From assembly GCF_006345805.1 (NCBI RefSeq), contig NC_043010.1, positions 11,532,001-11,596,000 of the forward strand: a stretch of DNA of 64,000 bases, in the 5' to 3' direction. The stretch comes from Octopus sinensis (Eukaryota). A model generated the notes under the pieces. The model searched no databases. It was not told where the DNA came from and worked only from the letters and a program-made list of their open reading frames with translations. Below are positions 37,603-50,358 of the stretch, one piece after another (position 1 is the first letter of the stretch; every line of letters begins with the position of its first letter). A program made the translations under genes and the position numbers.

Positions 37603-38488
37603 GACACAGTGGCTACTCAGTTCCTGTAAATGGTTTTGTACCTCAGTTCTAGTCACACAAAACATGCAACTAAAATCCTCAAAGCTACAACAAATGCTAG
37701 GTTTCATTATCCCTGTTGATCCCTTCTGGTATTCTTATATGGATAACAGCAAAAAGACTAGTTTTACTCTCTAAAGCTAGAAAATCTTCAGCAATCAACT
37801 GTTGTAGATTAACTCTACACAATTCAGAAGAGATCAACACTGGAATACAGGTTTTACATCTCAGACAGAAGTGCTTCTACATACACAGACATCACAGATT
37901 GCATCCAAAAACAAGCCACCAAATTAATAGCATCCGAAAGCAAAACCCCCTGACTTTGAGATTCCCACAATGTTATCCATATGAGAACACCACAAGATGT
38001 TTTCATATGCATGTTGTGTGCATGACTACAAGATGAAGTTAAAAAAACTCTTTCTTTGATATGTGAAGTGACTGTGTGTTATCCCTGTTGGAAAAGACCA
38101 GATTTTTGACTTTGACCTGTTCAGCGTAGAAGGTCCTACCAAGAACTCGCACTCTACTGGCATATTCTCAGGGTCATTGAAACACACAAACCACCAATGG
38201 CTAAACAACGACTAAACCTTGTAGTGGATATAAACTTTGAATAAAGTGATTAATCCTTTAGCATTTAAACTAGTCATATCCGGCCCAAATATTTTAACTG
38301 GCCAGATCTAGCCTTTCACACCTACCCTACAATGTCATTCTAAAAATGAACAATCACATCTTCAAAATCTTGAAGTTACAAATACTACATGATTATACGA
38401 CACAAATAATTTTTTTTCTAATGCAGAAATGCTGCTAGAACAGCAAAAATATTGGGTAAATTATCCTCATAAAGAGGAAAAATTTGTC

Positions 38489-38560
38489 AACAGCCATGGG
38501 ACTTGAACCTATATCCCACAAAGACCTTTGCTGAGTGCTTTACCATTAAGCTCGGCTGTC
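38489..38560 (-). pseudogene. tRNA-like 72-nt sequence with a broken anticodon arm
   Basis: Acceptor GACAGCC/GGCTGTT, D arm GCTT-AATGGTA-AAGC, T loop GGTTCAAGTCC; no canonical anticodon stem; G at position 8. Confidence 0.5.
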
Positions 38561-38727
38561 AGCTGACAAATTTATCTGCAAATTCAGACACTATAGAGCT
38601 AAATGGACAACTAGGCGTATATAAACAAACAAACATTTGTTTTTTGATAAGAGTCAAAAACATGTATTATTATCTTATATGTATTGTACAATGCACATTT
38701 TCAATGCTTATAAAAAGCAAATACTCG

Positions 38728-39128
38728 TTTACTCTTTTATTTGTTTCAGTCATTTGACTGCGGCCATGCTGGAGCATCGTCTTTAATCGAGCAACTCGAA
38801 CCCGGGACTTATTCTTTTGTAAGCCCAGTACTTATTCTATCAGTCTCTTTTGCCGAACTGCTAAGTAACGGGGACATAAACACACCAGCATCGGTTGTCA
38901 AGCAATGCTAGGAGGACAAACACAGACACACAAACACACACATGCACATATATATATACATATCATATATACAACGGGCTTCTTTCAGTTTGTGTCTACC
39001 AAATCCACTCACAAGGCTTTGGTTGGCCCGAGGCTATAGTAGAAGACACTTGCCCAAGGTGCCACGCAGTGGGACTGAACCTAGAACCATGTGGTTGGTA
39101 AACAAGCTACTTACCACACAGCCACTCA
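38728..39128 (-). mobile_element. SINE family A
   Basis: Full-length copy. Confidence 0.9.
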
Positions 39129-39567
39129 AATGTATGTTTATATTTATTACATGATTAACTTTTTAAAATGTGGATAAACAAGCATCACATTTGATAAATT
39201 AATCTGAAAGCTAAAGGGTTGAATAAGATCTTAGTCTGATAGGTGAGACAACAGAAGATAGAGGTAAGATCCTGTGCTTGTCTTGTTTCACAGTATCATA
39301 ACTGAATTACAATTGTCCAATTGTATGACTAATTGTTATCGATACTGCTACAGATTGTAAGGGTGGTGATGATGTTATAACAATCATTACTTATGATTCA
39401 ATTAAGATACAGTTAGGGTATGGGAAATTTGAGCTGCTCCTAGAACAGGGGTTGACAAGAAGTACTGTGTGCAGGAACTTTTAATCAGGGACTTTTGTGT
39501 GAGCTAATTTAGATTATGCTAATATACAAGACATACAATATGCCTTGTAATATAATTCCATCTGGAT

Positions 39568-39985
39568 GGTGGCGAGCTGGCAGAAATGTTAGCATGCCGG
39601 GCGAAATGCTTAGCGGTATTTCGTCTGCCGTTACGTTCTGAGTTCAAATTCCGCCAAGGTCGACTTTGCCTTTCATCCTTTCGGGGTCGATTAAATAAGT
39701 ACCAGTTACGCACTGGGGTCGATATAATCGACTTAATCCGTTTGTCCCCTCTGTGTTTAGCCCCTTGTGGGTAGTAAAGAAATAAGAAATATTAGCACAC
39801 CGGGCGAAATGCTTGGCAGTATTTTGTTTATCTTTACGTTCTGAGTTCAAAATCTGCCAAGGTCTATTTTATCTTTCATCCTTTCAGGGTCGATAAATTA
39901 AGTACCAGTTGTGTACTGAGGTCGAACTAATCAACTGCCCCACTTTCCCAAAAATTTCAGGCCTTGTGCCTAGAGTAGAAAAGAA
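39568..39985 (+). mobile_element. Two family C SINEs, nested or tandem
   Basis: AGAAAT.TTAGCA repeats at ~39582 and ~39785. Confidence 0.82.
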
Positions 39986-41234
39986 TATGATTTCATCAGG
40001 GGTGTTAATTCCAAGTGTGCTAGGTGTGTGCTGCGCACTTATTGGAAATGGAAAATTCATTATAAATATATAACCTTAATTGTTAATTTAATCGCAAAAC
40101 TTAATGGAAAACTTTTGTTATACCCTTGCTTGAAATTTGGTGGCTCTGGGTTTAGCAGCACGCCCAATACAACAATCACTAATCCTATAATATTTTTATG
40201 ATTAAATATTAGGAATTGTATTTAAAAAATTGTTTAAATATTTCGTGTATTATAGAAATAAAACCAGTTTATTGCACTTAAATTTTAACATCAAAATTTT
40301 ATATGGAACCCCAATGGCTATATGGACCCTGATTGAGAAACACTGCATAGTAATATGTTCCCAGTACTTGACTCATACTTCATTCGCTCAATTTCAAGAA
40401 GGATAAAAAGCAATGTTGAGCACAGCAGAATTCTAAGAGAGAACATAAAATTTTTAAAAAAAAGAAGCATTTTGTGATTCTTCCACTCTGAATTTTCCTG
40501 AGTTGTATAAGTGATGTGTATTGGACATCAACTAAACCACAATGATATTCAGGGATTTTGACAAACACACCAGCCTTTTCGGGATTTTGGCCCCAGATGA
40601 GATAAAGTAAAAACTCAGTAGGTACACAATGTTACTACTGGTTGCAGTTGTTAGCTGCCCTTCAGTAGGGGATCAATCTACAGATAGGTGAAGTAGAATA
40701 CTGAAATTTAAGAGTGCAAAATCAAGGATGCACAGCGACTTGGGCACGACAAGATACCAAGATCTTGTCACACGAAACAACTTCCAAATGATTTGACCAG
40801 CAATGTTGCTTGCTGGTGGTAATAGTCGTGCTGAGGGTGGTTGATGAAGACAACAATGATGGTGGTGCTGGTGCTGCTGCTAATCTTTGTGATGATGATG
40901 ATGCTGTGTGTAGTGATAGTGGTGGGTGGTGGAAACAATAATGCAATAAGGCAATGACAATAATGATGACAATGGGAAAACTGAAGATGACTACATCGAG
41001 AGACTGCATGAAAAGTAGCTTATTATTTAGAACCTATCTACGTTTATGTATCCCTCATGAATTAAGGATTTCTGAACCTGACATAAAACCACAAGGTAAT
41101 AAAACTATCTGTCATTCCAAGGAACTTGCAATGTCAAGATGTCCGTTATCTCCCACACTTGATAATCATATTGATCTCAAGATAAACAAAACAAAACTCA
41201 AGTATGCAAATAAACAAATAAATATATTATACCT

Positions 41235-41268
<34 letters not shown>

Positions 41269-41383
41269 GGGAGAGAGAGAGAGACAGACAGACAGACAGT
41301 CAGAGTGAGAGAAAGAGTGAGAGACAGAGAGAAAGATTAAGGTATATATATATATATATACACACACACATATGAACATATAT

Positions 41384-41415
<32 letters not shown>

Positions 41416-41504
41416 AACATATATTATATATATATTTAGATAGATAAATATATATATATAGAGAGAGAAAGAGAGATAGATAGATAAATATATGTATATA
41501 TATG

Positions 41505-41546
<42 letters not shown>

Positions 41547-41932
41547 ATATACATTATATATATATACAAGAATGAACGGCATTATCTTTTAGAATGCTTA
41601 AAATTACACTGATGATAAATATGCTGATCCTGTTCCTAAGGCAAGGAGATTCTAGAGCTGATTATAGCCCCACAAGAGACAGAAGAACCTTCATTGACAG
41701 TTGCATATCAATATGAAAACTATAATAGTTTCCTATTAAAATACCAATGTTCATGGTATTACATATTTCAGGTTAAATATTTCAAGTCAAAAGTAAAGAA
41801 CGCTCTAATGCTGTTATATAGCAGCAATCCATTTCTTTGGGGAATTCCTTATATTTTTACTTACAAATTCTCTTCATGCATCCTTTTATTTTAAAATTCT
41901 TTGTTGGATCTTAATGTTAGTAATTTGAATAT

Positions 41933-42094
41933 ACATAGGAGTGGCTGTGTGGTAAGTAGCTTGCTTACCAACCACATGGTTCCGGGTTCAGTCCCACTGC
42001 ATGGCACCTTGGGCAAGTGTCTTCTACTATAGCCTCGGGCCGACCAATGCCTTGTGAGTGGATTTGGTAGACGGAAACTGAAAGAAGCCTGTCG

Positions 42095-42133
<39 letters not shown>

Positions 42134-42350
42134 ATATGTTTGTGTGTCTGTGTTTGTCCCCCTAGCATTGCTTGACAACTGATGCTGGTGTGTTTATGTC
42201 CCCGTCACTTAGCGGTTCGGCAAAAGAGACCAATAGAATAAGTACTGGGCTTACAAGGAATAAGTCCCGGGGTCGATCTGCTCGACTAAAGGCGGTGCTC
42301 CAGCATGGTCGCAGTCAAGTGACTGAAACAAGTAAAAGAGAAAAAAGAGA
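41933..42350 (+). mobile_element. SINE family A followed by older A copies (~42386-42840)
   Basis: Full-length copy with adjacent diverged copies. Confidence 0.88.
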
Positions 42351-42896
42351 AGGAGATATGTTGACATGGCTGTGTGGGAAGAATGAGACACAGGTGTGGC
42401 TGTATGGTAAGAAGTTTGCTTCCCAACTACATGGTCCTGGGTTCAGTCCCACAGCGTGGCACCTTGGACAAGTGTCTTCTACTATAGGCTCAGATCGACA
42501 AAACGACTTGTGAATGGATTTGCCAGAAGGAAACTGAAAAGAAGCCCCTCATATATATATGCATGTAGCTATGTATATATATATGTGTGTGAGTCTTTGC
42601 ATATGTGTTTGTCCCCCATCGTTGACAAGTGGTGTTGGTGTGTTTACATCCCTGTAACTTAGCAGTTTTGCAAAAGAGACCATTAGAATAAGTACCAGAT
42701 ATAGTTACAGGTTCAATCTCACCATGTGGTACCTTGATCAAGTGTCTTCTACAAAAGTCTCAGGCCAGCCAAAGCCTTGTGAGTGAATTTGGTGGAGAAA
42801 ACTGTAAGAAGCCTGTCATATATTTATATATATATATATATATATATACCCACACACACAAATATAAGTACATACATGCATACGTACATAATAAAT

Positions 42897-43365
42897 CATC
42901 ATCATCATCATTTAATTTCTGCTTTTCATGCTAGCATGGGTTGGACGATTTGACTGAGGACTGGCGAACCAGATGGGTGCACCAGGCTCCAATCTGATCT
43001 GGCAGAGTTAACAGCTGGATGCCCTTCCTAACGCCAACCACTCCGAGAGTTGTGTGGGTGCTTTTACATGCCACCGGCATGAGGGCCAGTCTGGCGGTAC
43101 TGGCAACAGCCATACTCAAATGGGTTTTTTTACGTGCCACCTGCACAGGAGTCAGTCCAGCAGCACTAGCAATGGCCTTGCTCAAATGCTTTGTTCACAT
43201 GCCACTGGCACAAGTGCCAGTAAGGCGATGCTGGTAACAATCGCACTCAAATGGTGCTTTTTTTACGTGTCACCGGCACAGAAGCCAGACAGCTGCTCTG
43301 GCAGTGATCCCGCTCGGATGGAGCTGTTAGCGCTCCACTGGCACGGGGGCCAGTCATCGAATTTG
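42897..43365 (-). mobile_element. RTE LINE 3' UTR fragment
   Basis: (CAT)n, CTGGATGCCCTTCCTAACGCCAACCAC and tandem units. Confidence 0.78.
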
Positions 43366-43402
43366 GTTCATATATATATATATAAATACATACATATATA
43401 TA

Positions 43403-43469
<67 letters not shown>

Positions 43470-43866
43470 CATACATATATATAATTATATTTATATAATT
43501 ATATATTAATATAAATTGTTACCCATATGGTTTTATTTAACTCTGGTCACTTGATAAAATCATTAAAATAGTTTTATCTCTAATTATGTATAAATATGTG
43601 TGTGTGTGTGTGTGTGTGTGCATGTATGTGTGTGTTTCTACATGTTGTTGTCTTGACATGCGAATGGTTGTAAACAAGGATCACTACCTTACAAGTGGTG
43701 TTGTTCATTCTTAGTTTTCCATGAAAACCATGTCTGGCTAGGATGAAATATTATTACTTTCCCTGGAAGCAGGTGAGGGTTGATGACATGAAGGGTATCC
43801 GGCTGTAGAAAGTGTGCCTCAACAAATTCTGTCTGACCCATTAAAGCATGGGAAAGTGGACATTAA

Positions 43867-44088
43867 TCCTCTCATTACTGTATTTATTTTGAGAGGCTCA
43901 GTGTTTCTCTGAATTATTTTTAGATATAACAAAGAATTTAGTAAAATAACATCGTTATCATTAAGCTAGTGTTAGGAACATAAATTGTGACTAAGGTTTG
44001 GTGGAAGATTTTAATTAAAAACTTATGAAAACAAGACATTTGTACTACAGAGCCAGAGCCGGTTACAGCAGGGTTGGTAATGAAAGGG
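43867..44088. mobile_element. piggyBac-type MITE (TTAA TSD) inserted in an old RTE-type tail
   Basis: TTAA|TCCTCTCATTAC...GTAATGAAAGGG|TTAA; removing it restores GGACATTAAATGATG; related copy at ~48250-48670. Confidence 0.65.
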
Positions 44089-46859
44089 TTAAATGATGGT
44101 TGTAGTGGTGAGAACGATGATGATGAGGATGATGAAGATGATGATGAAGATGATGATGAAGGTGATGATGAGGATGATGGAGGAGGGGGATATTCTCATA
44201 GCATTTAAGCAGCTTATAGTATAAGGCTAATTCCTGAAGAGATTAACCCTTCAGTTGCTACAGTCATTCATTTTCAGCTGGGTGAACTGGAGCAATTTAA
44301 AATGAAATGCCTTGCTCAAGGACACGACCTGCTACCTACTTCAAGAAATGAACCCATGACTTTATGATCATTAGCCACAGAGGCATGCACACCTTCATTG
44401 ATTCTTGTAACTAAGGGGGGAATAAAACAAAAAAAAATGTATATAACTGGTCCTTATTGACAATCAAAACTAATAAGGGAGCCTCTACATGATTACATGA
44501 CTTGATAGAAATAACAGCTAAATCCCTGTTAATTTCCTCATGCCATTTAAAACAAGGAAAGAGGAAATGTTGTTATAGATTCTCTTTAAAAGCTGGGTTG
44601 GGCCTGGTTGGAATGTTTTTCATCATTGGTCAACTTAATCAACATTAATCTGTGGGCTAAACAACAACAGCTAGGTCTTAATTTACTGACCCTAGAATGA
44701 AGGAAAGATATAATTGACTCTGGCCAGCTTTAAGTTCCAAATGAAAATGGACAGTGCTTAATAACAGAAAGGCATTTATTCTGATATTCTGCCAATCTAC
44801 CCATTTCTCCTGTAACTCTAATTAAGTCAGCAAATGAGAAAAAAATACCGAAATTAAAGGGTTGTCTATTATAAATCTCTGGGTTAAACAGTAAACTTGA
44901 ATGTGAGAACATCTTTAATTTTCCTTCTTCTATTTATTTGTTTATTTATTTATTTATATATTTACTTTTTTAAAAAAATTTTTGATATTTTCAATCAACG
45001 GCATTGGGTTGAAATAAGTAAAAACAACTGATTTAATTAATTGGAAACCTTTAAGAAGTTTATCTAGCCCATTTCATAACTTCAAAGATTAAAGAATTTT
45101 GCTTGGGAATATTCTAGTAGGAGCTGGATGCCAAGATATTAAGGAAATCATTATAGGAGCAAGCCAGAAACAGGATATAAAATATAGTTATTGTAATAAC
45201 CTTTGCCCTTTTGGCCTTCAGCAACATTAATTTAATAATTTCCCCAAAATAAGTTTTAGAATGTTGCTGTTAAGCCTTAGGAGAGAGAATTTCGAGAGGA
45301 AGCTACGAAAGCAAGCATTGCAGCAATTAGTTGAGGCCAAGTTAAAAGTGTAACTGTTAATTAGCAAGAAGATAAGTGAAGTTAATTGGGAGCTCTGCCA
45401 AACTACAGATCAATGTCTCTATTAGATTAGTCTTGGTATGACAAGGAATGAAATCATTCTTAGAGAAGCTTAAGATTTATTTATCAATAGTTGTAGAATG
45501 GCAACTCGGAGAGGCCAAATCGTATCTACTTGGATGGAGGAAAAGGATATAAAGTGTTCTCTAATTCAATACCTGACAGGAATATTTACATGTACAAAGA
45601 AAGAATACAAGACTTTGATGCAAACTGGAAGAAGGTTGTCGACCAGTACAGCAATATATAAAAACAGCAGTACAGTACAGTAATGGCATACCAGATCTTA
45701 ATCCCTGTCCACAAACTTCTTCATTATTCTATTTTATTCTGATTTATTTTTATATCTAGTGTTTACTGAATTATATTGCAGCAGAGTGTTCGCTCAGACC
45801 ATTTTCTTCTCTTTCCTTTAAATCCTTACCTTGTAATCTTCAACCACTAACACGATAAACATGCCATCGGAATTTAGCCTGAAGTTATTTTTATGGTTCT
45901 TTAAGGAAGTACGTTGTGTATGCATAAACGTCTTTTATAGTTTCCTTTTCCATAGAATAATGTGAAAATACTTTTATATTCTTACCATCTATTTAATATT
46001 ATTTCCAGTAATTTAATTCTGAGATAAGTCTTCAAGCCTGAAGCTTACAGCAAAGTTATTCTTGACAACAGTGACATAAACATTCATGGATGGTGTTATT
46101 AAATTACAACGAAGAAATAAAAAAAAAAATGTACAATACATATATAAAAATAACAAAAAAATAACAGAAACAAAATCGTGGAACATTTTAATAATCTGTC
46201 ACCTTTATTAGGTTGCTTTTCAGGCTAACTGGCTGTATCATTCTTATTAAATTCAATCACAGACAGTCATATTAGCAAGCAAGACAATCACGTAAACATC
46301 TAATAGGAAAGGCAACATCCTGATATAATGTATTCAAAGACACTGCTTGAAAGCAAGGTGTAAATATTAAAGACGGTATATGTAATCCTTGAATCAAGAA
46401 ATCAGTTCAGAATGTGATTGTCAGAAATTCAGCCAGTCAAGAAATTTTAATTAATTAAGATTACACATCTAGTCATGAGACAAAACAAGAGGAAAAAAAA
46501 AAAAAATCGTTATCTAGGAGACTTATTCTGGTCAAGAAAAGAAACAACCCTGAATTTAAATTAATTAAAATTAATTAAATATAAAATGTAGTAGAGTTAT
46601 GAGTCTGATCTTTATTACTTTGGTGACAATATAATTGATTAAAATTTACAGGCTCACTGCGCCAAATATGTTAGTGCTAACTTTACTATTAATGCTTCTT
46701 GCAGCAAGAATCTCTGAGTATATTTCTCCAGACATTCTGACAGAACAATACACAAACACACACATACACACTTATACATACACTCATGCACACACATATA
46801 TACACTCACTCACTCACTCGCACACACTCACGCATGCATGCTGTCTGTGGCAGTGACAA

Positions 46860-46950
46860 CACCTGATTGGCTTCCCACAACTGGCATTGATTGATTCATG
46901 ATGAACACTCATGGGGGCTAGTTTAGATTGGTTGATGAAGGGAGGGGAAT
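46860..46950. promoter_or_regulatory. Candidate promoter: two CCAAT boxes plus a GGGAGGGG box in a TE-free island
   Basis: TGATTGGC at 46864 and AGATTGGT at 46925 (61 bp apart), GGGAGGGG at 46940; motif-level evidence only. Confidence 0.3.
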
Positions 46951-47150
46951 CACTATCTATTATCAAGTGCTAGTAATCCGGAGGGAATGGGAAGTTGTGG
47001 CTTTCATGTCTATTTTTTTATGAGGTATTAATGATCCAAACCATGTAGAATTTTTCCAAAACTGAGGTTAGAACTAGTTTATTAACTTAGCATATACATG
47101 GTATAACTACTTGATATATATATATATATGTGTGTGTGTGTGTATGTATG

Positions 47151-47188
<38 letters not shown>

Positions 47189-47250
47189 CATATATATACT
47201 AATATATAGTAAAACATACATATGTAGCTATCTATCCACATACATGTGTA

Positions 47251-47292
<42 letters not shown>

Positions 47293-47319
47293 CATTTATT
47301 CATACACACACACACACAC

Positions 47320-47350
<31 letters not shown>

Positions 47351-47445
47351 TTACATATATAATATATATATATATATTATATATATACATATATATTTAC
47401 ATATATATATATATATATATTTACATATATAATATATATATACAT

Positions 47446-47477
<32 letters not shown>

Positions 47478-48368
47478 CATATATATATACATATATTTAC
47501 ATATATATATATATATACATATATTTACATATACACTCACATGCACTTAAATACTTATATAACTTATACACATATATGCATGCATATGTGAATGTATATA
47601 TATTATATATATATATATATATACACATATTATATATATACGCTGGAATATACACAGGAATGCACTTACACATGCACATACACACACATGTGCACATATA
47701 CTTTAGTTCCAAGGCATTCAGTATTCTTTTCTCACAGATAACCATCATTTTCTCCAGGAACCAAATTCTATCATGAAGCATCTTAAGCTTTTCTCTAAAA
47801 TCTATTTTGTATAGTATATTTTTTTTTATCATTTTTTTTTTGTTTTGGTTTTTCTTTCTTTCTTGGTTTTCTCTGAAAGGGTTACTGCATAGAGCTACCT
47901 GGAGATTCCTTCAAATTCTTTCATCTTAAGAAGAAGAAAAAAAAACATGACTGTTTTCAAATCTGTGACATCCTCTGACATTTCTTTTATCTGAAGGCAA
48001 CTACTTCTTGAAGGTGTATGATTTCTTGGGTAACTCTGATATAATCTACTATACTCTGATATATCAGAAACCTCTGTTATAACCTGCTTCTCTGAACCTT
48101 CTTAGAAGCATCAGTAATAGCTTTAGCAATATAATGATGTAAAGGATCTGAGTAAGTTAAAAGTAGTAAGCCACCAGTCTATGTGTTTGGGGTTCAAATT
48201 TGGCATGGAAATTTTCATTGCTTCTTAGAATGACACATTTAGTTCTTAAACCCTTTTGTTACCATATTTCTAGTGAAATACACAGCCTTTGCTTGATTTA
48301 ATTTAGAAAATAATGAAAGGTTTTGTAAAATAAGTTTATCATTATTAACCTGGTGTATGGAACATATT

Positions 48369-48553
48369 GGTTTCAAATTTTGTCACAAGACCAGTGGGTA
48401 AGTTGATTACATCGACCCCAGTGTTCAACTGGTACTTACTTTATTGACCACAAAGGATGAAAGGCAAAGTCAACCTCGGTGGAATCTGAACTCAGAACGT
48501 AAAGACTAAACATTTTGCCCAGCATGCTAACAATTCTGCCAGTTCACCAGCTT
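48369..48553 (-). mobile_element. SINE family C inserted in a MITE
   Basis: TSD CTGGT(G/C)TATGGAACATATT at 48350-48368 and 48554-48572. Confidence 0.75.
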
Positions 48554-50358
48554 CTGGTCTATGGAACATATTAACACAAAATGTTGATGGAAGGTTTCAG
48601 TTTAGATCGCTCTAAAAGAAATGTGTATCATAGAACCAGGAATGATCTCAAACAGGTTAGTATCAAAGTGACTGATCACATGATTGTTCAAAAATCTGTG
48701 TTGAGTTTTCCTGTGAAAAGTACCTATGAGAGAGACTGGTGTTCTATTGAAGGGATATATACCTCTCAGTTGCTTAATGTTGAAGAAACCATATTAAACA
48801 ATAGCCTTATGTTTTCATGAAGAGATGAGATGTTTTAATTAACAGCTCCATTTAAATACAGTGCAACCACGCCAAGCCTTTCAGTAAGGTAACCTTTGTG
48901 TTCTGTAACCTATAATAATCTACAACAAAGGCCACTAACTTGCCCTTCGGCAGCGATATTTTGTGTTATTTCATTAATAATATATCATGTATGGCAATTA
49001 TAAGAACATCTTAATTAAGCACAAAGCCAGATATTTGATGGTGAGGGTGGTGGGGTGGAGGCAAGGATGAATGGGTAAACAGTCAATTACATTGACCCAA
49101 GTACTTGACGAGTACTTTATTTTATTGGTCTTGGAAGAATGAAAGGTAAAAAATGTCCTGAGTGAGATTTGAACACAGAACATAAAGTGCTGGAATAATT
49201 ACTAGAAATAATATTGTCTTAAGCTTTAGCCATTCTGATAACAAATACATCCCTTGTGTTGCTTTTATAGTATTATAGTATATATATTCGTTGTTGTTTT
49301 ACAGTGAAAGTATATTCAAATTATTTTGCTGTTTGAATCCTAAACGTTGTAGAGCCATATGCTATAATATATATAACATATAAGTCTGAGTTTTATATTG
49401 GACCCAGCAGTCATTTAAGATATGTGATACAGACAATTATTGCTGTCTCTATTGCAGATAGTATGCAGATGACTTGTCTATGCACTATATAATTCCAAAA
49501 ATTTACAGTGTATAATTATTACTCAAAGAGTAATTTATGGTTAATTTTAGGTGTGTACGATTTTAGATTAGTAGTGTAGACAACGCAGCAATATGAAGTA
49601 TAAAACATAATCTATAGTATATATTTTAAATGATAATATGACCATTTAAAACAGTTAAATAGGAATTAATATACATAATGTTGTGAACTAAAAAATGTTT
49701 TAATCTTTTAGAATTACATCATTTATGGAAGAGAAATAATAATTAACTTTAATTACTAATTCTTACTAAGAAAAATAAGGGAAATGACTCCAAAAACTGA
49801 AGCTACTAAAAGACTGAAGGGTGGCTGGGCCTGAAGTAGAAAATAGGCCTGATATTTCATAAATATAGAGACAACTAAAGGGAGATGTTTTGGTATTATT
49901 AGACCTTCTCAGTGAGATATACTTATACCAATACTTACCGCATCTCCTATAATTCTTGTTGTCATGCATATCAATGTTCAATTTTTAAATAATTGTATTT
50001 TGTAGTAATTTCCCATGTATTTTCTTTTTACCAGAATTAGTCATTACAGTCAAAGGTTTTGTTTGTTTTTTTTCTTTTCATACAAATGTTATGTTATTTC
50101 GTTAACTATTTTAGGGGCTCACTCAATAAAAAATATATTAATATTCTCTTAATTATAAGATCTTTTTAAGCAGAACATGTCCCTGAGCAATTTTCCCCAT
50201 TCATTCATTTAAAAATATATATTATAGTTGGTGCTCTACAAGCTACAATACTTTTCATGAAATATATAAGAATAAAAAAAAAAGGACTATGAGAGTAAGT
50301 TTACATTAAGATACTAAAAGACATGTCTGCAAAAACATACATTATGGAAGAGAATTTG

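Noticed and set aside
47497-48110. Open minus-strand frames as a possible next protocadherin exon
   Set aside because: No good polypyrimidine acceptor in phase 0, no recognisable motif, and the frame runs into microsatellite.
49755-49830. Acceptor TTTTCTACTTCAG followed by AQPPFSLLVASVFGVISLIFLSKN* in phase 0
   Set aside because: Plausible splice site but a hydrophobic peptide unlike a cytoplasmic tail; cannot be supported without RNA data.
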